Positions 17,663-25,428 of a stretch of 26,782 nt of DNA are shown here, one piece after another. The number at the start of each line of letters is the position of its first letter. Positions within the stretch are counted from its first letter, which is position 1. Under the pieces are notes generated by a model. That model had not been told where the DNA came from, ran no database searches, and saw only the letters and a program-made list of their open reading frames with translations. Origin of the DNA: a virus. Its lineage: Duplodnaviria; Caudoviricetes. The translations under genes and the position numbers were made by a program. The stretch is taken from positions 1 through 26,782 of the IMG/VR virus record IMGVR_UViG_3300020044_005261; one strand, given 5' to 3'.

Positions 17663-18872
17663 AGTGTATATGATAACGCCCTTGATTTGGTGCGCCTACT
17701 AAATCCCATACGCCATACCCTAAAGCATCTAATAAGTGATTATAAGCATCGATAGGTGTTTCGCTTTTCTTATCGTGCCACGCATAGTTATTAAGTTCTT
17801 TGATTAAGTTCGTGCTTTCTGGATCAACGATTATTTTATAATCATTAAGCAGCGCAACCCTATCAATAATGTGTGGCTTCTTTACACCTCTTATATTCAA
17901 ACCTCTGCTTTGCAGCTCACTTATTAAACGTGGCTCTGCACTATCTGCTATGATTAGATTTTTATCACCGCAATATCTAAGGTTATGTTGGTATATTTCT
18001 GAAGTAGATAAGTTTGGTTTATAAAACAATTCTTTAGCGTATATCCTTTTATTATCCTTATCAATAGATATATGTACTAATGTTGTTGGATCAATACTAA
18101 ATCCAAAATCCTGACCAAAGATTGAATACCCTGTGTCAATAAATTTATCTATTATCCAATTACTAAACACAACACCATCAGCTTTATTAAGCCAACCTCC
18201 TAATATAACGTGATTGTATTTTGTTGGGTTTGTTTTCTTTAACTTTTCTATTTCATTTATAAATGATTTAGGTAGGTTTTCGATATTATCTTTATAAGTA
18301 GTATGTATGTATGTTACATCGTCTTTAACACCATTAAATCCCTCTTGTACACCAGCTTCTTCAAAGAAGCGTTTGTATATCCAATGTTCTTTTGTTGCAG
18401 GATTTAATATAAGTATAATTCTATTATGATGCTTTGAACTTCTTATAGATAGATTGATTTTATCAAATGTGCTTTCATCTGTCAACTCCTCTGCTTCATC
18501 TAATATCCACGTATCAATCCCTTGTAAGGATTTAAGATTTGCAGTTTGATCACCACTACTTGTTTTAATTCCTCTAAAGATAATATCGCTTTTAGAATAG
18601 GTATTTGTTATCTCTGATTTATTGACATTGAATAAACTTTCAGCTTCTAATAGCTCTATCTTTTCCTGAAACTCTGGAATGATTGATAGATGTGCCGAAG
18701 TCATTGTTTGTCTTGTAAACAATATTTTATGGTTTGGCTCAAATGATAAAAGGCTAGCAAATCTACCAACCTCAAAAGACTTACCGCTACCACGCCCACC
18801 TGTTAATAAAAAGTATCTTGTATTCTTAGATCCTAATTTATCCCAAATCTTATTATGCTTCTTTATCGGCAT
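17661..18872 (-). CDS. terL: Terminase large subunit (PBSX/SPP1-like)
   Basis: Walker A LTGGRGSGKS, Walker B WILDEAEE, coupling motif LILNP, nuclease motifs GQDFGF..DP and NHLLDALGY. Confidence 0.97.
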   Translation of the reverse strand: MPIKKHNKIWDKLGSKNTRYFLLTGGRGSGKSFEVGRFASLLSFEPNHKILFTRQTMTSAHLSIIPEFQEKIELLEAESLFNVNKSEITNTYSKSDIIFRGIKTSSGDQTANLKSLQGIDTWILDEAEELTDESTFDKINLSIRSSKHHNRIILILNPATKEHWIYKRFFEEAGVQEGFNGVKDDVTYIHTTYKDNIENLPKSFINEIEKLKKTNPTKYNHVILGGWLNKADGVVFSNWIIDKFIDTGYSIFGQDFGFSIDPTTLVHISIDKDNKRIYAKELFYKPNLSTSEIYQHNLRYCGDKNLIIADSAEPRLISELQSRGLNIRGVKKPHIIDRVALLNDYKIIVDPESTNLIKELNNYAWHDKKSETPIDAYNHLLDALGYGVWDLVGAPNQGRYHIH

Positions 18873-19128
18873 CGTAAATCTTTGTAATATCGAAGTTACT
18901 CAAAGTTACATTACTGTTTTGATCTATCACTTGTTTAGGCATACCAAACTTATACTGGAAGAATAATTTTACTGCCCAATCTTTACCATCTGCCAAAGCA
19001 GTTGTAAGCGCATCAAATGCCATTGGCTCTAAAGGACTTAATTTCTCAATCAATCCTTGTTCTTCTGCTTTTGATTTACGACCAGCATTTTTATTGCCAC
19101 CATTAAACTTTCTTTTATCTTCTGCCAT
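18853..19128 (-). CDS. Putative terminase small subunit
   Basis: ATG 19128 (MAEDKRKFNGGNKNAGRK); basic Gly-rich N-terminus; directly upstream of and overlapping terL. Confidence 0.65.
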   Translation of the reverse strand: MAEDKRKFNGGNKNAGRKSKAEEQGLIEKLSPLEPMAFDALTTALADGKDWAVKLFFQYKFGMPKQVIDQNSNVTLSNFDITKIYDADKEA

Positions 19129-19143
19129 ATTCAAAAAAAATCA

Positions 19144-19497
19144 TTATTGATATTCATTATAAATAACCTTTAATTGAGAAATATAATCCCTCCAGCAGCT
19201 ATCGCAACCGCTTTGTAATTGACTTCCAAATACATTATTATAAATAGAAGATAATTCTCTTTGCATAATTGGCGGCAAGCTATTAACTGGTTCGCTAAAG
19301 AATTTATCTAAATAATTATAATCGCTTTCACTTAAACATTTAGGTTTTTTGTAAGGAAATAATTTATTTAATTTATCCTTACGTTCTTCGCATCCACAAT
19401 CCTTGCCAGCGATAAACTTAACGAGCTTATCCACTCCTGTTGCTGCCGTTACCGCAGCGATTGTATCACCTAATCCTTTGGGTTTTCTTTTTGCCAT
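19144..19497 (-). CDS. Cys-rich hypothetical protein (GLGDT...DCGC...CxxC)
   Basis: 117 aa, overlapping the sigma gene end by 28 nt; possible metal-binding Cys pairs. Confidence 0.75.
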   Translation of the reverse strand: MAKRKPKGLGDTIAAVTAATGVDKLVKFIAGKDCGCEERKDKLNKLFPYKKPKCLSESDYNYLDKFFSEPVNSLPPIMQRELSSIYNNVFGSQLQSGCDSCWRDYISQLKVIYNEYQ

Positions 19498-19916
19498 TGT
19501 TTCTTTATTTTAGTTATTGTTTGATAAACACTCATAAAGCTTATATCAATCTCTTTTGCAAATTTACGAATTGATAAACCACTATTCATATATGCTTTAA
19601 ATAAGAGCTTATCATATCCAGTTAGTGTATTGATGTAACTATTTACATCGGCTATACATATACCATCGCAAATCAATTCCTCTAAGCCAACGCTATGATC
19701 TGCAATTTCTTCAATTACCATTATAGATTTACTTTTACTTCTTTGTAAATCAACTGTTAAACTTCTAAGGGTAAAATAAAAATATGCTTCGTTTATCTCT
19801 TTTCCGTGGACTTTAATATACGCTTCTTGCACAATATCTTCGGCATAGTACTGCTCCCCTAATCGTTTTACGGTTGCTATCCAATGCTTATGTTTAGAGT
19901 ATATGTGTTCCAACAA
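19470..19916 (-). CDS. Compact ECF-like sigma factor
   Basis: Region-2-like AEDIVQEAYIKV and YFYFTLRSLTVDLQR; region-4-like HTH SIRKFAKEIDISFMSVYQTITKIKK; TTG start; 148 aa. Confidence 0.8.
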   Translation of the reverse strand: MLEHIYSKHKHWIATVKRLGEQYYAEDIVQEAYIKVHGKEINEAYFYFTLRSLTVDLQRSKSKSIMVIEEIADHSVGLEELICDGICIADVNSYINTLTGYDKLLFKAYMNSGLSIRKFAKEIDISFMSVYQTITKIKKQWQKENPKD

Positions 19917-19918
19917 AA

Positions 19919-19926
19919 CAAAGTTA
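19919..19926 (-). promoter_or_regulatory. Possible Bacteroidota -7 box (TAACTTTG) before the sigma gene
   Basis: Exact TAnnTTTG match within an 11-nt intergenic gap; no -33 TTTG found. Confidence 0.35.
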
Positions 19927-19927
19927 C

Positions 19928-20251
19928 TTATAATTTTTGTAATATTTCTTTTATTTGTTCAGAATTTAGATTTGTTAACAATTTAATAATATCGTTAAGG
20001 TCATCCAAAGCAAAAATAAGCTCATCGGCGTTGCCTTTTTCAAGTACCATTTGATGCTTACGCATTACATAATCGACGTTGTCTTTTATTTGGCTAATCT
20101 TTTGATGCGTAATTGGTTGCTTGAAATCGGTATCCATAAAGTTGGTGTACTCTATATCCATAAGTGATGCTAAGATATACATCTGGCGGTACGACCTACC
20201 GATTGAAATCATACGCTCAGGTGTTAGTTGTTGTTTACGAAGTTTGCTCAT
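19928..20251 (-). CDS. Hypothetical protein
   Basis: 107 aa helical ORF in an overlapping gene chain. Confidence 0.7.
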   Translation of the reverse strand: MSKLRKQQLTPERMISIGRSYRQMYILASLMDIEYTNFMDTDFKQPITHQKISQIKDNVDYVMRKHQMVLEKGNADELIFALDDLNDIIKLLTNLNSEQIKEILQKL

Positions 20252-20546
20252 TGTCTTTTAATATCATTGATAATAGAATTGAATAGTTTGTTAAGTCTAA
20301 GATGCTGTCCTGGATGCTTTCATTGTTTGGTGATTTATCAGAATTTAATAAAACACCTAAGCGTGCTACTTTTGTAGCGATTAAAGATAAGCAGTTCTGC
20401 TCTGCTTTTAATCCGCAAATTGCACCAGCTAATTTAAAGTTTGATAGCCTATCTACGTTTGCGTAATCATTACCTTTAGCAAATAATGTTAGCTTCATAT
20501 CGTTTACCATTATTTCAAAATGTTTCTCTTGTTCTGTTAGTGTCAT
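20235..20546 (-). CDS. DUF1599 / nucleotide-modification-associated domain 1-like protein
   Basis: K..DY......NF......G...K..RL..L...NESIQDS..DL.NY pattern. Confidence 0.7.
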   Translation of the reverse strand: MTLTEQEKHFEIMVNDMKLTLFAKGNDYANVDRLSNFKLAGAICGLKAEQNCLSLIATKVARLGVLLNSDKSPNNESIQDSILDLTNYSILLSMILKDNEQTS

Positions 20547-20839
20547 AATAACTTCAATCTTTTAGCTTCTTTAATTAATGCTTTTATTTCTTTGTTCATT
20601 CCATATTGCCACGCTTTTTTCTCTATCAACTCGTGCTTAGTTTCTCTTTGCTTTTCTTTTGTGTAATCTAAGAAATATTCTAAGTTATCATAGTCAAACT
20701 TCTTTTCTAAATTAACGCAATCGCATATATGTCCGAAAGGATCTGATAAATCTTTTTTTAAATTTTTACCTACAAAAATACACAGCTCTACATTTTCTGT
20801 GTATAGTGTAACTTGGTGTTCTACTTTTATTTCTTTCAT
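20543..20839 (-). CDS. Hypothetical protein
   Basis: 98 aa ORF, ATGA-coupled to the downstream gene. Confidence 0.7.
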   Translation of the reverse strand: MKEIKVEHQVTLYTENVELCIFVGKNLKKDLSDPFGHICDCVNLEKKFDYDNLEYFLDYTKEKQRETKHELIEKKAWQYGMNKEIKALIKEAKRLKLL

Positions 20840-20850
20840 AATATTATTGT

Positions 20851-21093
20851 TTAAAACATTGTTAATTGAGATGCAGGCCTATTGCATAGAACTTCTGAAA
20901 CTATTGGCGTGGTTTCTTCAAGAATTTCTAAATAATAACTATTTTCTGTTTTATAAGAAACGCAATATTTGCAGCCATTATTTCCTAATACCGAATGGCC
21001 AACACAAAGAACAGATCCAATCTTTATTTCTGAAAATAGCTCACAGGGTTTATCATAAATACCTGTACTAAAGGTTGCAATTTCAGCTTTCAT
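20851..21093 (-). CDS. Hypothetical Cys-rich protein
   Basis: 80 aa with five Cys including CKYC; ends QLTMF. Confidence 0.65.
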   Translation of the reverse strand: MKAEIATFSTGIYDKPCELFSEIKIGSVLCVGHSVLGNNGCKYCVSYKTENSYYLEILEETTPIVSEVLCNRPASQLTMF

Positions 21094-21422
21094 AATTTAC
21101 TCTGTAAGGTTATCGTTTCTGTTTGTTCTGTTTTACGTTTGGTAAGCCAAAACCTATCTATCATTTTATTTGCAAGCCACATATTAATTTCGCAAGCTCT
21201 GCATATATCGGCAACTGTGGATCCGTTGGCAAACATAGTAAGACATTTAACAACTAAATCCTTATCTGGATTGAAAGGCGTTGGCGTTCTAATCTTCTTT
21301 ATCTTAAAGCGGCTGCGGTAGTGTCTAATCGTTCCACTTGTAAAGCCTAAGCGCTTACCCATTTCCTCGTCTGATAAGATGTTTACATTTGCTTTTAAAA
21401 AAGCTTCTGTTTCTTTTAACAT
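21090..21422 (-). CDS. Putative double-HTH DNA-binding protein
   Basis: Start reassigned to ATG 21422 (MLKETEAF). HTH-like segments SDEEMGKRLGFTSGTIRHYR and TVADICRACEINMWLANKMI. Confidence 0.65.
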   Translation of the reverse strand: MLKETEAFLKANVNILSDEEMGKRLGFTSGTIRHYRSRFKIKKIRTPTPFNPDKDLVVKCLTMFANGSTVADICRACEINMWLANKMIDRFWLTKRKTEQTETITLQSKL

Positions 21423-21505
21423 AAATGTACTAATAAGATAGTAAGCAAAGTTAATAAGGTAGCACATATAATCGCTAAAAATTGCGATAGTTCTTTAAAG
21501 TTCAT
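21416..21505 (-). CDS. Small membrane peptide (29 aa)
   Basis: Not in the ORF track: MNFKELSQFLAIICATLLTLLTILLVHLC; overlaps both neighbours. Confidence 0.55.
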   Translation of the reverse strand: MNFKELSQFLAIICATLLTLLTILLVHLC

Positions 21506-21665
21506 TTTTTGCTTGTTCTAAGAGTTCGTTTAAATAATCTTCATAGCAAACACCGCCTGCTCTTACTTCGTTCTTTACAGGCTCTAATTTACCGCCATTC
21601 TTAATGTATTTGAACCAGTCATTAATATCTAATTGATGCTCTGGTAAGGTTGTTTTAAATTTCAT
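21495..21665 (-). CDS. Small hypothetical protein (56 aa)
   Basis: Not in the ORF track: MKFKTTLPEHQLDINDWFKYIKNGGKLEPVKNEVRAGGVCYEDYLNELLEQAKNEL; fills the gap with short overlaps at both ends. Confidence 0.7.
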   Translation of the reverse strand: MKFKTTLPEHQLDINDWFKYIKNGGKLEPVKNEVRAGGVCYEDYLNELLEQAKNEL

Positions 21666-21909
21666 TGCTTAAATAATCTTTTACTACTTCGTTAAAATTG
21701 TCTTGTAAATAATCGTCTGCATCCATATAGCTGCTTTCTGCGGTACAATCTCCATATCCCCATTGATAGCTTACAAATCCATTCATACCACTTTCAATGA
21801 TATGCTCTAATAATTCATCGTGTGTGATTTCAATTACACGCTCATCTTCTAAGGTTACTACTGCACCTCCGAATTTACTTGGTCTTGTGATTTCCATAAT
21901 TAGTTGCAT
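21655..21909 (-). CDS. Acidic hypothetical protein
   Basis: 84 aa, D/E-rich; alternative start at 21897. Confidence 0.7.
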   Translation of the reverse strand: MQLIMEITRPSKFGGAVVTLEDERVIEITHDELLEHIIESGMNGFVSYQWGYGDCTAESSYMDADDYLQDNFNEVVKDYLSNEI

Positions 21910-22160
21910 TTTTTATCACCTACTTTATAATTACCTAAGTTTACTGTTTCGTAAGTAGAAACATTTGTACAATCATTATTGTAGTAAATGTTCTGCTTCC
22001 ATACCGTAGGGTTGATAGATATAACATAACTGTCACCAACTCTTGTAATCGTTTTGCAATTACAGTTTGGAGCAACTGGCTGCGCTGGTTTTACTTCTGC
22101 TTCTTTTTTGCAAGAACCTAATGCTAAGGCTACAATTGCAAGTGTTAATAATTTTTTCAT
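21900..22160 (-). CDS. Lipoprotein
   Basis: Start reassigned to ATG 22160: MKKLLTLAIVALALGS|CKKEAE, a clear signal peptide II. Four further Cys in the mature part. Confidence 0.85.
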   Translation of the reverse strand: MKKLLTLAIVALALGSCKKEAEVKPAQPVAPNCNCKTITRVGDSYVISINPTVWKQNIYYNNDCTNVSTYETVNLGNYKVGDKKCN

Positions 22161-22184
22161 ATATTTTTCTAATTGTTTGTACAA

Positions 22185-22214
22185 CAAAGATAAAGTTTAT
22201 TTTATTAAAACAAA
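22185..22214 (-). promoter_or_regulatory. Bacteroidota primary-sigma-type promoter (TTTG-N18-TATCTTTG)
   Basis: Matches the -33 TTTG / -7 TAnnTTTG consensus; the -7 box ends 24 nt upstream of the lipoprotein ATG. Confidence 0.7.
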
Positions 22215-22385
22215 ATTTTTTATTTTAATTCTTTCAACTTCTATATATTCTTGCGTTTCAATGCACTTTAGCGTATCTATTGTATTAAAAATGTTACCAT
22301 TTGATCTACTTCCAACAAGTACCCACGTTCCTTTTTTGCCTTTGAATTGTGTTTCAATCCAAACTCCGTTGTCATCAATCACCAT
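22197..22385 (-). CDS. Hypothetical protein
   Basis: 62 aa ORF overlapping the VRR-NUC gene end. Confidence 0.6.
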   Translation of the reverse strand: MVIDDNGVWIETQFKGKKGTWVLVGSRSNGNIFNTIDTLKCIETQEYIEVERIKIKNFVLIK

Positions 22386-22614
22386 AACTTACCTCCGCTT
22401 GACAACCAAAGGATTTTAATTCTTCTATTCTATATTTTTGCAGCTCTGAAACAACGCCACCTTTGCGCTTAACCTCGATAAAGCGTGCAATGCCATTACG
22501 AATTGCCAATAAATCTGGAATACCATTCTTATTGGTTTTAATTAACTTGATAACAAAGTAACCCTCCGCTTCTAAGCGTTTGATTATTTTAGTTTGGATT
22601 TGTTGTTCTGTCAT
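22375..22614 (-). CDS. VRR-NUC domain nuclease (putative Holliday junction resolvase)
   Basis: E..IQ..I, GIPDL, FIEVK and S.LQ motifs of the PD-(D/E)xK fold. Confidence 0.92.
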   Translation of the reverse strand: MTEQQIQTKIIKRLEAEGYFVIKLIKTNKNGIPDLLAIRNGIARFIEVKRKGGVVSELQKYRIEELKSFGCQAEVSYGD

Positions 22615-24209
22615 AATGTAGTATATTTTCCTTTAATTATATTTAATTGCGATACTTTACCATTGGGATACATTATGGCGTTACTGTGCATCCAACTGCT
22701 TGCACCATTGTTATAGCCTAATCTTAAATTAGTTATCGTACCAACAACAACGCTTCCATCCTCACGTGCTGGCGTATGGCTATGTCCTGTAATTGTTTTG
22801 GTATTTAAGTTTTTGAACTGCGTTACACTTCCTCTGCTTCCGTTTGTACCTATGTGTCCGTGCATAGCAAGCTCCCAGTCTAATAATCTGTAACTATCGT
22901 TTACTCCTAAACATTCACAGTTATAAGTTTCATTTTCTAACACATAAGCTACAATCCCTTTAGGTGCTAATCCATCAGCCACAATATTAGCATATTTTAA
23001 ATATGCCCTCCTATTTGGTGTTTTCCTCCAATCGGTACTACATAGCCACCTATCAACAAAGTCGTTATGATTTGCGCTTACAACAATAAAATCAAAGTCA
23101 TTATTATCATTTATAAACTTAACAACGCCTTGCAGCTCTGCCTCCAAATTACCTTTACCCGTTTGTTCATTCTCCATTTGTAGAAATGGATTGTTAAGTT
23201 CGTGATGCGATACTGATTTTCCATTGAAAATGTCGTGAAGTACAATTTTTTGCACATCAAAATCAAATGCCATTTTTAAAGAAGCTTTTAATGCTACTTC
23301 GCTATGTTCTCCGTAATGCAAATCACCAAATATAATTGCAGGATATTTCTCTTTTACTTTGCTTTCACATTTACCATTATCAACAAAAGTATTCAAATCG
23401 TAGAAACTTCCATCGTCTGAGCATTGCACCTGACGAACGTGAAATATATCGTTATCTAATTCAACAACTACAAACCCGTAAGTATGGTGAAAATCACCTT
23501 TTACACCTACCTTTGTATCGGTATAATTAGGAACTGAAACAGCACCAGTAGTAAGAAGTAGCTTATTAGGATAACCATTCAATACTGCAAGTGATTTTAG
23601 GTGTACTCGTGGATGTCCCACAATACAACTTTCTAAGGCTGTAATGCTATTTAAGCCACTTAATGGAGTTGATGCTGTTGGTTGCACCTTAACATCGCTT
23701 AACACGCAAAGAAGTTCGTGTAGGTTTTGTCTGTTAGCGTCTAAGTAAGGTATCACTCTTTTGTGCCAATAGTTTTTATTCTTTTCTTTGCTTTTTTGGT
23801 ACATTGAAGCACCCAAACTATGTGGGTTTTTATACCTACCTGCTATAATATGTATATCAGCTTTGATATGTTTAGCGTACGCTTCGATATTATCCATAAA
23901 ACTATGGTGTATATCAGTTTCGCTTTGACACCAGCTCAATATAAAACGCTTCTTTTTAGTATTAAATGTTTTTGCTTGCGCTTTTTTAAAGTCATCGCTT
24001 TCTTCAATATCATTCTCAGGCTTATTGAATAAGTATCTGTACTTACGTTCAGCAGTTATGTTGTAATCTATCTTAAAATGATTGCACATTAATATAAATG
24101 CCTTTGTGGTTGATGTTCCTGCTTCTATTAATTCGCTAACGAAGTCAAGTTTATCCTGAGTATAATATTCTTTATGCTTAGAATTAAGTCCTTTATCTGT
24201 TACTTTCAT
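22611..24209 (-). CDS. T5 A1-like metallophosphoesterase / nuclease
   Basis: Calcineurin-like motifs GDLH, HDIF, SANH, MHGH and TGHSH. Also HGH.G.NGSRG, GYN.GASSW, TG....NY...K.G.K and G.FYDL blocks that I recall from T5 A1. Confidence 0.8.
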   Translation of the reverse strand: MKVTDKGLNSKHKEYYTQDKLDFVSELIEAGTSTTKAFILMCNHFKIDYNITAERKYRYLFNKPENDIEESDDFKKAQAKTFNTKKKRFILSWCQSETDIHHSFMDNIEAYAKHIKADIHIIAGRYKNPHSLGASMYQKSKEKNKNYWHKRVIPYLDANRQNLHELLCVLSDVKVQPTASTPLSGLNSITALESCIVGHPRVHLKSLAVLNGYPNKLLLTTGAVSVPNYTDTKVGVKGDFHHTYGFVVVELDNDIFHVRQVQCSDDGSFYDLNTFVDNGKCESKVKEKYPAIIFGDLHYGEHSEVALKASLKMAFDFDVQKIVLHDIFNGKSVSHHELNNPFLQMENEQTGKGNLEAELQGVVKFINDNNDFDFIVVSANHNDFVDRWLCSTDWRKTPNRRAYLKYANIVADGLAPKGIVAYVLENETYNCECLGVNDSYRLLDWELAMHGHIGTNGSRGSVTQFKNLNTKTITGHSHTPAREDGSVVVGTITNLRLGYNNGASSWMHSNAIMYPNGKVSQLNIIKGKYTTL

Positions 24210-25428
24210 AATGTTTTAAAGTAAAATTTTTCTTATTCATTACAGCTTTATATATTTTCTGCTCTATGCTTTTCTCTGCCATTATCCAATAGATAATGTT
24301 TTCCTTTCTATCTTTGGTACTCATTCTATCTCGAGCCTGCCAATAAGTAACAGCACTAAAATCAATCTCGGCCATCACTAAATAATCAGCTTTGGATAAG
24401 TTTATGCCCTCACGCCCACTTTGATATTGTAAAGCTATCCATTTATCTGTATTATTAAATTCATCTAAATCGGTTGTTAGCTTATCTCCAATCACTTGTT
24501 TAAGGCTTTCAAGTTGCGCAATATACTTATAAAAAATAGCAATTTTAAATTCCTTAAACTGCTCTTTTATAAATTGCGCCTTTGTATTATCCAATATCAT
24601 AAAATCACCCTCATCAAATTTTATGGTTCCAGATGTAAGTTGATGCTCTTTTTGCATTAACTTTGCACCTGTATCAGCTATAATCGCTCTGCCATTCTTA
24701 CCATAAACAACTAAATCTCTTTTTAGCTTATCAATTATAGTCTTAATAAATGGCTTCATCTTTACGGTAAGCATAAACTCCTGCACGTTTGTTTCAAAGC
24801 CTGCTTCCTTTTGCGTATATGTTATCGTTATTGGATCCGTGTATTGTTTAATCAACTTAAAATTTGCATCGCTGTAATCATTTACAATAGCATAACCTAA
24901 ATTACGCTGCTTTACAGTCACAAAATCATTTGCCCATTTATAAAAGTTAGCGTACTTATTAAATGGACTGTAATCGCTTAGCTGTAATTGGTGATATATT
25001 TGCGAATAGTTTTCAGGTGTTGCCGTGCCTGTCATCAATATACACGGAATATGCGAAAATCGTTTGCGTAATTCCTTTTGATTTGTACCAGCTTTAGGCA
25101 TCGCCCCGTATTGGTGCGCTTCATCATAAACAACTACATCAAAATTATTGTGGTTTATCTTATGGATGCTTTCTTTGTTTATAATTTCTAAGTCAAAAGT
25201 ATATCCAAAATTATTATAATCACTTTGTATTGAGCTAAACGCTTTTATTTTAGTGATAAATAAAACACGCTTGGCGCAAAATTGTTTACACGTTTCAAAA
25301 GCGATTAAGCTCTTACCTACACGCACTTCAATACTAAGATATACAATTCGCTTAGCTGTTAATATATCGCAAGCCTTAGCTGCTAATTCTTGCTGGTATT
25401 CTCTAAGATTAAAAAGGGCAGCTTTCAT
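24193..25428 (-). CDS. Superfamily 2 (SNF2-like, DEAH) DNA helicase
   Basis: Q motif LREYQ, Walker A variant VRVGKS, DEAH, TGT, SGREGINL and QARDR. Confidence 0.92.
   Translation of the reverse strand: MKAALFNLREYQQELAAKACDILTAKRIVYLSIEVRVGKSLIAFETCKQFCAKRVLFITKIKAFSSIQSDYNNFGYTFDLEIINKESIHKINHNNFDVVVYDEAHQYGAMPKAGTNQKELRKRFSHIPCILMTGTATPENYSQIYHQLQLSDYSPFNKYANFYKWANDFVTVKQRNLGYAIVNDYSDANFKLIKQYTDPITITYTQKEAGFETNVQEFMLTVKMKPFIKTIIDKLKRDLVVYGKNGRAIIADTGAKLMQKEHQLTSGTIKFDEGDFMILDNTKAQFIKEQFKEFKIAIFYKYIAQLESLKQVIGDKLTTDLDEFNNTDKWIALQYQSGREGINLSKADYLVMAEIDFSAVTYWQARDRMSTKDRKENIIYWIMAEKSIEQKIYKAVMNKKNFTLKHYESNR

Noticed and set aside
19133-19140. T8 run upstream of terS on the coding strand (terminator or slippage site)
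   Set aside because: It is intergenic, after tandem stop codons, with no preceding hairpin.
22173-22187. Palindrome TTGTACAA at the predicted start site of the host-type promoter (possible operator)
   Set aside because: Only 8 bp are perfect in AT-rich DNA and I found no second copy in a regulatory position.
25305-25345. Atypical helicase Walker A (EVRVGKS) as a sign of pseudogenisation
   Set aside because: GKS and all other SF2 motifs are intact and the ORF is uninterrupted.
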